This document shows, one piece after another, positions 12,300-27,245 of a stretch of 64,000 bases of DNA (its first letter is position 1; the number at the start of each line of letters is the position of its first letter). The translations under genes were made by a program, and so were the position numbers. The notes beneath the pieces were generated by a model, which saw nothing but the letters and a program-made list of their open reading frames with translations, was not told the DNA's origin and ran no database searches. The stretch is from Nageia nagi (lineage: Eukaryota; Plantae; Pinophyta), in NCBI GenBank assembly GCA_050084985.1, contig JBITNC010000001.1, positions 21,886,001 to 21,950,000 on the forward strand, in the 5' to 3' direction.

Positions 12300-13760
12300 T
12301 GAAATTGATGTGGACACATCTTTATTTCTTAAATCAAGTAGTATTAGTGGTGGATTTCAAGCATTTAACAACCATATATTGCATCTTTGGCATATACATG
12401 TGATTCTCAAACATGAGAATTTTGGTAATGATTTATCGATTGGCCTCATTGATGATGGTGTAGGTATTATTCAATAAGAATAACATATAGTCTTTCAATC
12501 ACATATAAATAATGCTAAATATATTATTATTTAGCATAGGAACTAATAAAGTGTCATGAATATACATAATATTTTCATACTTTATTTGAAATCAATGGAA
12601 CCCTTATCGATAATATTGACTTGATTATTGTCACCAAACTAGACTTTTATAGAAGCATTTTCTTCAAATTGGATAAATAAATTTTTGTTCTTGGTCATAT
12701 GATTTGAACACCCACTATTAAGATACCAAATGTTATCATCAACAACTTGAAAGTTATTATGGGTTAAGAAGACATTACCAATATCATTCTCTTTAGTGTA
12801 GTTGACTTTCTACTCCTTTCAAAAGTAATATTGCTCTATATGACTATCCTTTCCATAGAAGTAACAATGCGAAGGGGTTGAGATATAACTTTGATTGGTT
12901 GATATACCTCTTCCTCTATAATGACTACTTATTCCATGATCTCTATCACCATGATCTCTGCCAAACATCTTGAAGTATATTTTGAATTGGAGGAAGTAGA
13001 TGGTTGATCATTCATCTAGAGTTTGCCTTAGAATGCTTGGTCTAGGTTCTCAATTATATCTTGAATTTTGTACTCATATGTTTATAAGATTCTAATAAGT
13101 TTTGGGAGATTGAGTTAAATTACATGCTTTGACTCCTTAATAGCATTGGTGAGAAGATCAAACTTCTAGGGAAGGCTTCTCAACACCTTCTCAATAATTT
13201 AGGTATCATCAAGTTGCTCACCATGTGAATGAAGACATTCACCAAATCTTGAACTTTATTCATGGAGAGTTTAAAAATTTCAACATATTCCATTTTAAGG
13301 GATTCAAGCTCTCTATGCAAGAGTTGTATCTTGGATACTCTAACTCTAGTTGATCCCTTGTATGTACTCTTAAGAGTGTCCCATGCAACCTTGGAGAATT
13401 TGCATTCTATAATCTTAGGAAAGATTGTAACATCTATCCTAATTTGTATTATGAACAAATATTTTGCATCCTTATTCAATCTTTAATATCTCCTTCATTT
13501 CATTTACTATAAGTGTAGTAAAGATTCTAGCATCAGGTTCAACATATCCCTAAGAAATAAGACTCCATAAGTCTTTTGAGAAGAGAAAGGTCCGCATTTA
13601 GATGCGATAATAGTCATAGTGTTCTCTATTGAATATAGGGATCTACAACTACAAATAATTTCCATTTTTTGATCCATTTAACCCAATATAATGTACAATA
13701 TCTTAATTCTAATTAAATATTTTAGAGGCCCAAGGTTCCAAGTTCTAATACCAAATGAAA
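12300..13760 (-). mobile_element. Old degenerate Copia 5' internal region (PBS, gag, protease)
   Basis: Decayed PBS TGGTATTAGAAC at 13742-13753 next to an LTR-end CA. Gag 'IFPKII..SKVAWDTLK..KIQLLHRELESLKM'. Protease IWYLNSGCSNHMT at ~12690-12731. Confidence 0.8.
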
Positions 13761-15499
13761 ATTTGATATTACCAAACATAATTCTTTAATACAAATTGAA
13801 GAAATAGAGGCTTTAAAATTTCAATAAATTTTAGATAAATCAAATTTAATGAAAATGCAAATTAAACTTATATAGAGGAAAAAATACCTTTCCATCAATT
13901 ACTCACACACCTAAAATGGTCTTCTAGATCTCCTAGAAAGTGAATTTGAAGTTTCCATATGAAAAACTAGCTTTATTGGGTCGAGAAATAATGTGGAATG
14001 AAAATGTCAAAGTTATAGGAATTTTTTATTATTTAAAACTTTTCCAAACTCCAAGAAAGTCAAAAACTAAATTTTATAGAGTTTTCTAAGTTTTAAGTGC
14101 TTTATCTCTGCTAGATTTCCAAGAAAGTTGAAATTTTTGAGAAAATTGAAAATTCTAGAAAAATTGAGTAGCTTCTAGGGCCAAATGTGGAGTTCTATAA
14201 CTTAGTCAAATCTTAATGAATGCCAAAACTATGACCCAAAAAAATGATCTACATTAAATTATCTATCTAGTAGTTAGATTTTGAGAAACATTTAAGGAGG
14301 AAGGAATGGTAAAAAATGAGCTTGAACTAAAAGGCTCTTGATGCTTCACTAAGTAAGGCTACAAAAGAGTAGGTTTTTATTTTATGATTTTTGAATATGC
14401 TACAGAAAAAAAAGTATGAAAAATTATATATGGTTAGAAAGGTTATATATCTAAAAAAAGGAATAACATAGAATGAATATTTATAATAAAAGTTCTAGCT
14501 TTTGAATATCACCTTGGAATAGATATAGAATACTTATATGAATATCTATAAGTATTTTCTCATGCATATAAGCTTTGAAAAGAGAAAACACGCCCCACAA
14601 CCACAAGGTATTACAAAGCAAATATCTATGCTTTATATTAGAGACAAAATGATAACATAAACTTAAAAAAAAAAAACATCAATAATGGGAAATGGATTTG
14701 CTATTTATATATGAAGAAATTGGAGAGTTGAAGACTCTACAAGAACCACAAGAAGTATGGACATCCATGAAGGAGTACAAAATCAAATTTATCTTAGCCT
14801 AAGAATTAGATCTATAGATGCCTAAAAATGAATTATTATTTATTCAATAATTCAATTTATAGCATCAAGGATACTTGTTGTAAAAAGGGATTAAAATATA
14901 CCTAATATAATGTAATAAATGTAATGGACCATAGTACAATGTAAAAGGTATAAAATATCAAGAACAATACCATAAACAATGTAATGTGCAATGATTCCAA
15001 GAATCAAAGAGGATCAATACATTGATATAAAGAAAAATTAAGGGCATGAAAAAAAATATCATGTGAAGGCCTGAGAAATATCAACAAAGATACCAAAATA
15101 TGCAAGATCACTCTATCTTACCAACAATAGTATTTTGTAACACCACCTCTGCATAATTCTATTAAACCCTTCATCTCACTTTTGCATACTTTTTATTCCA
15201 TTGGTAGATCTACTTATCCCATATAACTAATGGTGTGCCATCTTAGGCCGTTGGTGGTATGCATTTCTTATTTTGCATTATGGTGATTGATGAATAGTTA
15301 TTGTTATTTTACATTTATACAATTTTATGAAAGTACATTGATTATCATTGTTCATTTGATGCCATATTTCTCATATATGATTCAATTACATATTATAGAT
15401 AAATAGTGCATCAATTTATCGTTTATGCATTATTTGAGGTCTACATTTTAGTGAACCTAACTATTTTAGTTAATCTTTCCTTCCCAATGAGATTTTATG

Positions 15500-18400
15500 A
15501 GAAGTATGTAACAGATCCACACCATCAACAACATTTATAACCTAATTTTTAGGTCATTAATGATGTGAAAATAGAGCAAGTGATTCAAGAACTTCTTAAA
15601 GAAGTCACAAATTTGTGCAAAAAAGTATATACATTGAAGATTCTGGTAATTTATCGATATTGCTAAATCCTATCATAGTTGCATGACTTACCAATCTTCA
15701 TAATATAAGGAGATCATACAAAAGTTAATAAGACTATGATGGTATATTCACCTCATCCTTGTTAAAGGAGATATGCAGTTACCCCTACCACTAGAGCACA
15801 AGGCCCTTAAGTTCGAGATATTCTATGGTAATCAAGACCCAAACTAGCATCTAATTAGCTTCCAAGAGGAGTGCTTGTTGAAATTAGGGTCAAAGGAGAA
15901 ATTGATGGTCAAATTTTTCCCAAGGAGTCTAAAAGGTGATGGTAATTAATGGTTCTATAATTTACTTCAAGGTTCAATTGATTCTTTCAAGTCATTGGTC
16001 AAACTATTCATGGGAAAACACAAGCATAACATCAAAGAATAAGTAACAATTATAGAATTATGCACCATGAGACAAGGAAGACAAGGGAACAATGAAACCT
16101 TAGAGAAATATATTCCATGGTTCAAAAAGGTATGAAATCTATCCAAATTTAATTAGATGAAAATAAAATTCATGACATACTTAGAGATTCTATCTTAACT
16201 ATTATCAATTTGCATGCTCCTAGTATATTGATATAAGAGTTATTGCACAAACAAAGTGTTTTGATTGAGTTAGGGGAACTCAAGTACATGTACACTCCTT
16301 AAAATAAGAAGAATAGAAGGAAATATACCAAAAAAAAAGAATATGGTACACATGGCTAATACACCTACCTCTCCACCCAAATTGCAAAGATCTACCACCA
16401 CATAAGATATAAGGTACACCTTTCCAATTTAGCCAAGGTTTATTATGAGGGATATAATGAAAAGGGGATTATTCCAACCATTGGAAAACATAGTACAAGA
16501 TGATAATGTTCCTATGGGGAAATTGGATGCTTATTGTATATATTAAAGAAAAGGTTATACTATGAATTTTTGTAAAGCATTGGAGGTAGGCATTTTGGAT
16601 CTCATTTTTGAAGGAAAATATTAGATTAATCAAACAAATTCAAATAAGGGGATGATAGTGAATATAGTTTTAGTTTACAAAGAGGTTTGTGCTAGTTTAT
16701 GAAGAGGGCATACAAGACATGATTCACTACAAATCAAGTATAACACCTGATCCAAAGACATATAGTGTGATTGAGCTATTAATAAATACTCCTACTAAGA
16801 TTATTTTATATGATCTTCTATATACATATAATTCACATAGATACATCTTATATGCTTTGTTCAAAAAGGAGATAGTCCCTATAGATATGTTTGCTACTAT
16901 GTTCTCTAAAAAGATTAGGTTTATCAAGGAATGTGATGCTATCTCTTTTTATAAATATGAAAAGCTTAGTAAGGAACTTCTTGATGAATGCTTAGCTTTG
17001 TATATTACCCATATGATAGATGGATAGAAGATAAAAAGGATATTGGTAGATAATGAATCAATTTTTAATGTATGTTCTTGTATGTTATTAATATAACTCC
17101 AATAAAAAAGTGTAGAGATCCTACCCCTAGAAGAAGCTACATTCAAGATTAGGTAATATAATAGCTCATCTAAAAATCCAATTGGAATAGCCATAATTTT
17201 GGTCACTATAGGAGTGAGGAAAATTGTAGCTAATTTTTAGGTTGTTGATTCCAAATTTTCATATAATTTACTATTGAGAAGGCGTTGGCTTCATGATATG
17301 GATGCAATACCATCTACAGTACATGGGATATTGAAATTTGAACAATGGGGTGAGGTTCATATGGTGCTTGGTGATCTAGAATCATATACCTTCTATAATA
17401 TAACAAACTTTTAGGAATTTAAAATGGCCTATCCTAGATATAATATTGAATCCTTGGAACAAAGTGCACTAGGGGAAAGTATAGAAAAATTACCTCAATT
17501 TAAGAAAACATACATGGGTACATACAAAATTGAGAATGTGGATCTATTTACATCCATTAAAGACTTGGGACAACACAAAATTCTATTTGTAGAAGGTTGT
17601 TAATGGTATGCTATACTACCTAAAAGATATCAATGACATGAAAAAAGTGAATACAAAGAGGAATCTTGCTCCATCACATTAGTTTCACCCATTTAAGAGA
17701 AATTGATGTTAAATCTCACAAAGAATGAAATGAGTAAAATATTTCCATCTCCTTTTGTTCATAAGTATATGGTTGAAAATTATAAGTATAAGGAGGGAGG
17801 TTTATGAAAATCTAAGAAAGGGATGTCCTCCTTTCCTACTAATTCAAAATCATAGAAAACTAAATATGGATTGGTTAGTGATCAAAACACCAAGCAAACA
17901 ATAGGACATATTAAGTTTGTTAAAGAATACAATATGATTGAATTGTCTAATGATATTGATAGTGATATGTGGATTGATGATACTATACCTTGAGAATTTG
18001 ATTACTTAAGCACTAATGATGATATTTCAAAATACTTGGGGCCACATTCAGAGTTGCCTACATATAATGAAAAGAGGCAAGTTTGTTATATTCTCAATGA
18101 GCATGCATATTTTGGTCAAGTAAATTTTAATGAAGTGTTTCAGGTCTAGCTAGAGGATAGTGATATGGGTAACATACAAGGATAGGAAGAATTACCTTCC
18201 CTATTATAGAAAAAGGAGGAATTGACATTCCCAACTAAAAAATTGGTAAATATGATTATTGGAACAAGTGATGAGAAAATATTAGTTCAAGTCAGAGCAG
18301 CTCTCCCTACACCATAATAGGAAAGGTACATAAATAAATTTATTGAATATCATAAGAATTTGTCTTGTTCTTATGATGATATGCCTAGTTTAGATCCTTA

Positions 18401-19130
18401 ATTTTTCATGCATAATGTACCATTTAAAAAGGGGGCTAAGCCAATCAAGAAAAAACAAAGAAAGATGCATCGTTCCAAAGCTTTAATAGTGAATAAAGAA
18501 TTAGAAAAGTATTTGAATGTTGGATTTATTATACCAATTGATTATTTATAATGGATGGATAACATTGTTCCTGTTACTAAACCAAATGGAGAAATACAAA
18601 TTTAGACTAATTTATATGATATTAATAATGCTTTTCTAAAAGGTGATTTCCCATTGCCTAACATTGATATGATTGTGGATAGTATTGCTAGTCATGATAC
18701 TTTGTCTTTCATGAATGGCTTTTTTGGTTATAATCATATATTAATCAATCTAGCTGATCAAAATAAGAATGTCTTTACTACACCATGGGGAAATGTTTTT
18801 TGGAAGGTTATGCCTTTTAGATTAAAAAATGCAGGTGCTCCTTACCAAATGGTTATGTTGTCAATGTTCCATGAGCACATTCATAAATCAGTAGAAGTGT
18901 ATATTGATGTAATCTTGGTAAATTCAAAGCAAGGTCAATATCATTTAGAGTTTCTTGAAGAAGTGTTCCAAATTATAAAATGGTACAAGCATAGAATCAA
19001 ACCTCAAAAATGTGCTTTTGGTGTCACTTCAAGAAAAAAGCTTAGTTTAAGGTTTCTAAAAGAGGAATTAAGGTAGGTCCCAAAAAAGTAAAATCCATAG
19101 TAAGCATGCCTTCCCCATGCTTACTTAAAG
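15500..19130 (+). mobile_element. Old degenerate Ty3/Gypsy (Tat/Ogre-like) gag-PR-RT, truncated
   Basis: PR-like ILVDNESIFNV at ~17040. RT FPLPNIDMIVD, GFFGYNHI, FTTPWG, MPFRLKNAGA, YIDV, KCAFGV. Confidence 0.85.
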
Positions 19131-19199
19131 GGCTTACCAAAGTACAACATAAGTATTTCTAATATCATCATATTCATAATAAAACATTAATTTAAAGTC

Positions 19200-19580
19200 T
19201 TACTAGAGTATGACATAAGTGTAGTTGACATCATCATCTTCATTTTGTGGCATTAATTTACAGGCTTGTCAAAGTGAGATATAAGTATTTTTGACATCAA
19301 CATCTCTGCAACATGATTTTAGTTGAATGGCTTATTGGAGTGAGGTATAATTTTTATTGACATCATCATATTTGTGATGTAGTGTTAGTTGTAGGTATTG
19401 CTAAAGTATGGCATAAATATTGCTAACATCATCATCATCGAAGTATGATGTTAGTTGAAGAGCCTATCGTTGTATGGCATGTTGATGTAATTAACATTGT
19501 GGCATGATGTCCAAGTATTTAAGCTTACCAAAGTGTAGTATATGGGTACTAACATCATCATTTTATAGCATGATATCAAT
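19200..19580. repeat. Degenerate ~65-bp tandem repeat, followed by an LTR-like segment to ~20105
   Basis: (G/A)ACATCA(T/A)CA recurs at ~19227, 19293, 19359, 19424 and 19550. Arrays of this kind are typical of Tat/Ogre 3' regions. Confidence 0.6.
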
Positions 19581-21171
19581 ATTTTTTAATTGACTTTGCA
19601 AATCACAATGCAATAATGTGATTAAAGGTCCAAATTTACCATTAACAACTTGAATACTATTGATCTTCTTCTACAACTATTATAATTTATTGAAACATAT
19701 CAAAAGGGAATTTGAAGAGGTTTAATGAGTGTTGGAGTTTGAAGAGGAATTTGAAACAATTGAGAGAAAACTAGGAGGATGTTTGTTTTAATTATTAAAC
19801 TTCTAGAGATCTCTATTGTGGGGGATTGATGAATTTTGGGTGTTGTTGCAGGTACATGAGAAGGAAGTTTTTTTCTTTGTTTATTAAAGTATTTGTAAAA
19901 GCATATATATTGAGAGGAAATTGATAATATTATTCTCCTCTTAATTTTCAATTGATGTAATATTCCTGGATAAATAATTGATAAGAAGACAATCAAACTT
20001 GACTACTTCTACATTGGAAGGAACCAATATAAATCCATGTGTTGAATTTATTGTGTGTATTTTTTACTACAAATTATTATTTAAAGTTTTACAATTTTAC
20101 CTACATGATTTTATCTTTCTAGGATATGAATATATCAATAATAAAACTAAACATTGAGTTAGAATCTATATTTAAGGACCCTTGTATGCTATAAGCATTG
20201 ATGATTACATATCATTTGTAATAATCATCTAATTTTAGAATGTAGTCTACACATACATAAATTGTAGCTTTATTGGTTTTTCTAGTAAACATGCTTTCTA
20301 TAATATATAATTTAATGATAACTTAAACTATGAATTAACCTTTATACAAGAGCAATTTGCTTCTATGGTTGAGGCTCCTCAATAGAAATCAAACCCCTTC
20401 AATAAAATAATAATATCATAATATCCACAATAAGCTATTAATGGGAGATACCAATGGAGTACCAATTATGATTTAGTATGATAATAAGTCAAGGACAAAA
20501 TGATCAAAATATTAAATTTTTTATAAAATAATATATGTGAAACTAAAGTGTCATGTAAGAAGTCAAATGCCAATGATAAACAATGAAAGGATTAAATTCT
20601 TTGAATATGTAACAAATAAGTGTAATTATTTTCTTAAAGTGTATTAACTATCCAAATCAATATATCCAAAATATTTGATTTTATTAAATTTTGACAAAAA
20701 CATAATGTTATAACAATTATGTAATCATTATGATAATTTTTAAAAATTATTATTTAGAAATCAAGAATAAACATTTGAATACACATAATTAATTAGATAC
20801 TATAGAGTGATAAATCTAATATTGTAAATGATAAAACTTAAAAAATTAAAATTAAATAAAATAGCAATGATAATATTTTAAATTGATTTAAACATTTTAA
20901 CTGATTAAAAAGTATTTCAATATAACACTATTAATGCCCTAAAATAAGGCACACAATTCACCGTAAAATGCATATAAACATGGAAGTGGAGTTGTGGATG
21001 CAATGATGTACACATTAATCTAAACAATAATCTAAAGTTTAGTGATATCTTAAGATTTGGAAACTTAAAAACTATCATGGTCATAAGTATATGATGAGGT
21101 ACACAAACATTATCCTATTTGCATTATAAATAGAAAACTTTTCAAACTCCTCTAACCAAATACCAAGCACC

Positions 21172-23184
21172 TTATTCTATACTATTGGAGATTCCAAAAA
21201 GTTAATAAATATTTGAAGGATCTTGTGAGAAGATCCACCTTCTATGATTGATTCCTTGATAATTTTCCTCTATCATTGCTTTGTGATTCATAACACTTTT
21301 CCCTCTTGACCTTGTATCGTGGCCCTTACAGCCTTTGCTACCTATTTTCTATCTATTATACCATTATTAGAGTTTGCTTTAACATCTAATCCAATCTTCC
21401 ATTGTTGCATGAGAATATTCCTATTGATGTATTAGTTAGAATATTGTAGAAATGCAATCATAGAAATGCCTAAGCTCAATCTCTCTATCATCGAATTCCA
21501 TCCATAATGATACATGAATCCTCCCACTGCAAGATGACTTACCACTGAAAGATGAGGTGCCCATGGAATTAGTAATATTCTATAATTACATTTTTTCAAG
21601 AATTCTTGATGTGAAATATTGGAGGAAGTTTTGTTTTCAAGAAGATCAAATTGGTCACTTTCTAACAAACCCATTGCATTCTTCTCTAATAGGGATTTAG
21701 AGATGTTAATGAGGCTTCCAAATAAAATATAAAGAACTGAGAATTAGGGCTTACAATCCAACCATTACATGTAGTTAGAGGCCTTGAATAGGTTTGAATT
21801 CAATATTATATCATCAAATGTCTTATTATTATCATCTTATTTATCCTTGAAATAAGCATGAGGGAGCAATTGAACAATGGAAGAAATGAAAACTATATGT
21901 TAGATTGCATCACATGCTTCATTTTAAGGCTCATACACATTGTTTCTTATGACCCAATTAGCTATGCCAAGTAATTTGAATTGGTTGAATATAAGGTGAA
22001 GCAAAAAATAAAAGGTTTTTGCTTTTTCAATAAATGATGGAAGCTCCTATGGATCCAACATTGGATGTCATAGTATATAATCTATCTTTTCTATATGTTC
22101 AAATGCCCACAATAGATCAACATTAAAACTAGTGAATTAGAACCTAAGAAATAAATATCTAAATTTTTTTCTAAAAACTCATTAGTTGGGAAAAGACACA
22201 AAAGGAATCAATCAAGTGTAGATAAGAAATAGAGTCAATTATATTTTTTAATAACTTACAAAATTTATTCTAGTTTATATGTTTTCAAATTTTATATAAA
22301 ATTTTAACAATGCATATTTTATATCTATATTTGATATGTTGAATTTTGGACTTTTTCCTACTAACATAGTTACCAACACTCTTAAAACATAGTGAATAAT
22401 TAGACCAAACATAGTACTACAATCTATACCTTCAAGAGACAAAAGGAATCAAGTGTTGATACAAAGAGAATTAATAAATTTTTTTATTAACTTAAGGTTT
22501 TTAAATTTTATACCAAATTTTAAAAATGCACATTATAAATATAAATTTGAAATGTTGAGTGTTGTAACCTTTCCTTCTAGCATAGTTCCTAACACTCTTG
22601 GAACATATTGAGTAGTCAAACCAAATAGAATGCTATAATCTATAACTTTAATCTAGATTTGACTCTTGATATTCTCACACTTCCTAATTAATGAAAATGC
22701 ATCAAACTCATTAGAAATGAAGAAAACAATCTTGATTCCATGTGGGGAAAGTACCCTTTTGTAATACCATCAGTGAGATGACTATAAAAGATATAGGGAG
22801 AAATAGACTATGTCTAGAAGAAAACCCATAGAAACTTGAATTTTATAGCAACTCCTAATGTCCATGGAAGAAAAGAATCAATAATCAAACATGAAATAGG
22901 ATGGTTCCCCTTGTGTTGTAACTCTTGTATGAGATCCTCTAGAGCATCTCCTATTTTTTCCACACTCATCAAAAATTTCTTAGAGTTGGCAAAACAATCA
23001 TAATCAATAGAAAAACCATATGATATCTACATAAAATGAATATTTATAAAGCAAGAAATTGGTCCCAAATTCTGATATGTTGTGGACATTCGAGCATGGT
23101 TGTCATGCTAATAGATAAGGATGACATGTAATCCATTTGAGGCTAGGTTTTAAGCAAGAACCTGATATGGTTGATGTGCTCCTA
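21172..23184 (-). pseudogene. UGT pseudogene, paralog of 45545-47885 (exon 2 21172-22090, most of exon 1 22732-23184)
   Basis: Colinear with the intact gene, including the intron and ~800 bp of 3' flank. Decayed PSPG WAPHLSVVSHLAVGGFMYHYGWNS. Contains stops, and the splice donor GT is changed to GA. Confidence 0.95.
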
Positions 23185-24370
23185 TGATGGGTTAATTTCA
23201 TTACAGTATCAATCTAGGAAGGGAGCTTGTGAAGGTATCATGTAGAGTATATGCATAATAGGGTTTGCTTAGAATTCCTAACTATTTTTCTAAATTATTG
23301 AATATTATGCAAAAGTTCATTAACTCTAAATGGGGGTTTTACTACAAATTTTGGCCAAGGTTAAACACCAAAACCCAAATGGTTCCAACACCCAACTGTT
23401 GGATTCTAAACAAAGACAAGAAAATAGGAAAAACTAATTCTAATAGGAATGTCCTAGAACTATGTTTGTAGGACCATAGCCTTGGTTCAAGACTTACAAG
23501 TTAGAATACTTAACAAAAATAAACAAGTGCCAATAGGGAATGTCTAGCCTATGATTGTAAGATCACAACTTTGTGCAGAGATTAACTTAATTAGCATTAC
23601 TAAGCAATGAAAGCAACTTATCTTAAATCAATAGAATGTAAGAAAGCCTAAACAAATAAGGTAGTAAGCATTCTAGCCCAATTTATATACTCCATTCTAA
23701 TTCACTCAATAAGGGGGCCTATTAATTCTAATGAACTACTATAGAATGAAATAAGGAACAATTAACAACAAAATTGGAAACAATATCATTAACTCCTCAA
23801 GGTGAAATATTACATCAAACATCTACTACTAGTAGTACTAAATATAATATTGATACTATCTAAAGACTACAATTATCTAATCATCAACTTAAATATAAAA
23901 TGAAGCATAATTATCTTTCCTTGTTCTAAGGTGCTTTAAATAAGCATTACTACATAACTTGGAATCAAAATAACTAACTAACTAACTACCATAATGAATC
24001 CTAATTTCTAGGAGACATGATCAGCATTTATCTATCTAGGCTTCCACTACATGTCTAGGTGTCCTTTTATGTTGTTCCTAGCTTCCTCTTCATTACTTCC
24101 ATGAACAATAACATTCAACAATATTCCACATTGTATGCCCACTTTGCCAAGTCATCCAAAAACACATCCAATTCTATCCAACAATCAATATGAACCACAT
24201 AAATACATTCCCCTTTTCCATTAGATCTATTATCCTAATTGTTTCATAATCTATTAAATATTCACTTGGTAAGGAAGGCAAATAGGGTAAAAATTGAAGA
24301 AATTAACAGTAGATGATTGAAAGGAATTGATATCATTAGAGGGAAAACATAACAATTTTGAGACTCATCA
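23185..24370 (-). repeat. 3' LTR of Athila-like element
   Basis: Homologous to 37009-38152, with the PPT adjacent. Confidence 0.92.
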
Positions 24371-24659
24371 TTCCCCCTTGCTAAAGGGGTTGCCTGTCTC
24401 TAGGAAATATATGATCTCTTCCTATATATAATTATATCCATGTATGCTTTACACTCAACCCTCAAATCATATGACCCAGGAAGAAGGTACTCCCTTCACT
24501 ATGAAACCCTTTGTCTTTCACAAATTGCTTCTAGTTATATTATTCTTATGCTTTATCCAAAGGTTCTTCTTCTTTATAATCTATAAAGGAAGTCCATAAT
24601 GGAAATTCTCTAAACCTCATGCCAATCCATTTGGTACCATGTTCAGTTAAGACCTAAAT

Positions 24660-27050
24660 GTATTGTCCTAGACTTTCAACTACAACCCTAAGATTTTGGA
24701 TTGAATATGGTTCCCTTTTCCTCAAAATAGTAGATAACTCTTTCCATCTATTAGTTGAGTCACTTAACACCTTCTTTAACTTTGTATTGGATGCATTTAA
24801 GAACAACTGTATGAGATGTTTTTGTAACCTTGCATATTGATCAATTGGGGTTGGTTATTTCTCCATTGAATTCATCCCAACAATAATCTCAATTATGAAT
24901 GGATGTTCAGCTCTCACAATAATGGGATCTTGAATTTCCATCTTCTCAAATGCAATCCTCCTTTCATACATTTCCAATTCATGTGTGAAAACTAAACATA
25001 ATGCCCTTAAATAGACATCTCCTACCAACAAGTTTGGATTTACCTTCATGTTCTTGGGTAACATATAATTGTACAAATAAAATTCATTTAGTAAGTTTTG
25101 ACCAAAAATAAGGATTTTTTTTATTAATAAATACATTTATGAAAAACTTAACCTTGTCTTTATAAACTTTATGACCAGCAACTAATAATTCAAGCTCAAA
25201 CAACATCAATTTCTCTCTAATCCATAAAGAATAAACATGAGGTGGAACCCTACCTTTTAGTATCTCATGGACATTATGTAATACTTTATATTACCATTCT
25301 TCCATCTTTTCAAGCTTCAAAGCATCTTGATCAGCTTTCTTGAATTTATTTTTGGTAGCCTCCTTGTATTTTTTAAACTCCTTTTTACATTTTTCATAAG
25401 CCTCTAGGGATTCTTTCTTGATCTTTTCTATGTCCTTATTATGTTTCATAAGGCCCTTTTTCAAATTCTTATTTCATCTTGTTCATTTCCTTTTCATAAA
25501 CTATTTTATATACACATGTTTTCTCAAATTCATTGATCTTTTCTATCAATTCTATACATTTAACTTGTAAAGGAGTTAATGCATCTAGTTATTGTTCTTG
25601 CTTCTCCACTACTTGTGTCAAGCCTTCCTTCTCTTGGTTTAGGGTTTCAATTTCTTTTATGACCTTTAACCTCTCAACTACTTCAAAATTCTTTCTTTCC
25701 TCTCTCATCCTCTTTTTGACCTATATCACTTCATTCTTTAATTTTTGTATCATTGCCATCTTCTTTCCTACTACTAGGTTTAGCTACTAATTTGCATTTT
25801 TCAATGCCACATGTTCATGGACTTATTTTGAGCCATCAAAATTTGACAACTCCTCTTTGATGTGTTTGTTGAAACATCTTGAATATATTAAAATCTCCTT
25901 GCCCCTACTGGAATTCTCTATACTGGTTATAGTTTCTCTAAAAGAAGTCTAAAAATCTTATGAGTTAGTAGCTCCATCCTCTTCAACATCCTTTGGAATT
26001 TATTGTTTATCACCAAGTTCTTTAGATTCTTTAGGTACTAGTCTTCAAGTTTTTTAGGTTCATTAGATTCATATAGACCTATAATATCAAAACCTATAGT
26101 TGTATTATGTGTGGATGCATAATCATCTTGTGATTTCTTCTTCTTTAACTCCTCAAGTTCCAACTCATCATCCTCTTCTGAATCAGATAAATCCATTTGA
26201 ACACTAATATGGATTTTGGTTTTAATATGGGAAATTCACTTTGACCTTCTCATTTCATAGAGCAATCATCATCACTACTTGGCAATTCCTATTTTGTTTC
26301 CCTTTTTGCTTCCAATCTCAATTGTGAGTCATAACTATGGGATGTTGTTTCCTTTCCTTTGTAAGAGAAGGCCTAATTTTTTTACCTTTACCTAGGGAGT
26401 TCTCTAACTTCATTCTCTCCTTTAACTCTCATTATCAAAAACTATTCCCATGAAACATTTGGATGTTTCCTTTGTAATGCATATTTCACTAATAATTTAA
26501 TGAGACCATGGTGTGCTAGACTTGATAGATTGTATGTTTCACATTTTCTAGGTAGACTACCCAAAGAAAAACTCAATAAATACACCATGTCTATTAATTT
26601 CTCATTGATCAAATATGCTAGAATTGTAAAATGCTAAGAAAAGAGGTAAGTAGATCTACCTTCATAAGTGAAGTACATAACAACATGTACTATGACTTCA
26701 TGCCATGGCATTGGTAAGTTGACTCTTGAAAAGCCCTACTTTGTCCCCTTGAATGACCTATTTCCATATTTGAATAGCTTTTTGCACTTGGAAGGGTTTA
26801 TCTTGAACCACTCGTCTCCTATGCATGGAAACCCTATTGTTGTCGTAATAATATTTAGAGACAATGAAACTTTAAGCCCTCTAATAACTGCTATTTCCTC
26901 ATCAACTCTATAATTTTGTACAAACTCCTTTGCTATATCTTCATTATATGCACCCAAACATCTAATAAAATCCATCCATCCTACCTTCTCAAAGGCTTGA
27001 ACTACTATAGAAGACTTATAGAGAGCAGCCATGGTGGTTGGTTCCAATTG
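24660..27050 (-). pseudogene. Decayed Athila post-pol (env-like / extra) ORF with coiled-coil C-terminal part
   Basis: Fragment 'AFEKVGWMDFIRCLGAYNEDIAKEFVQNY..IRGLKVSLS..IGFPCIGDEWF' lies between INT and the PPT, followed by E/K-rich stretches. Confidence 0.7.
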
Positions 27051-27073
27051 AGTATACTATGTTATGATTGAAA

Positions 27074-27200
27074 CTCTATCTATTACTCTACTCAATTTTG
27101 TCAATCTTCACTTTGTAACATAATACTTGCATTCACTAATTTGAATTGGCACTATCACTTTCATATGTTATGAGTTTCTATGTTTACTTGTGCAATTAAT
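27074..27200 (+). repeat. 127-bp direct duplication flanking the Gag-only element (second copy 29868-29994)
   Basis: CTCTATCTATTAC...GTGCAATTAAT reads identically at both positions. Confidence 0.95.
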
Positions 27201-27245
27201 GTCCATGAGATACTAAAAGGTAATATAATAACCATAGCCGACCTA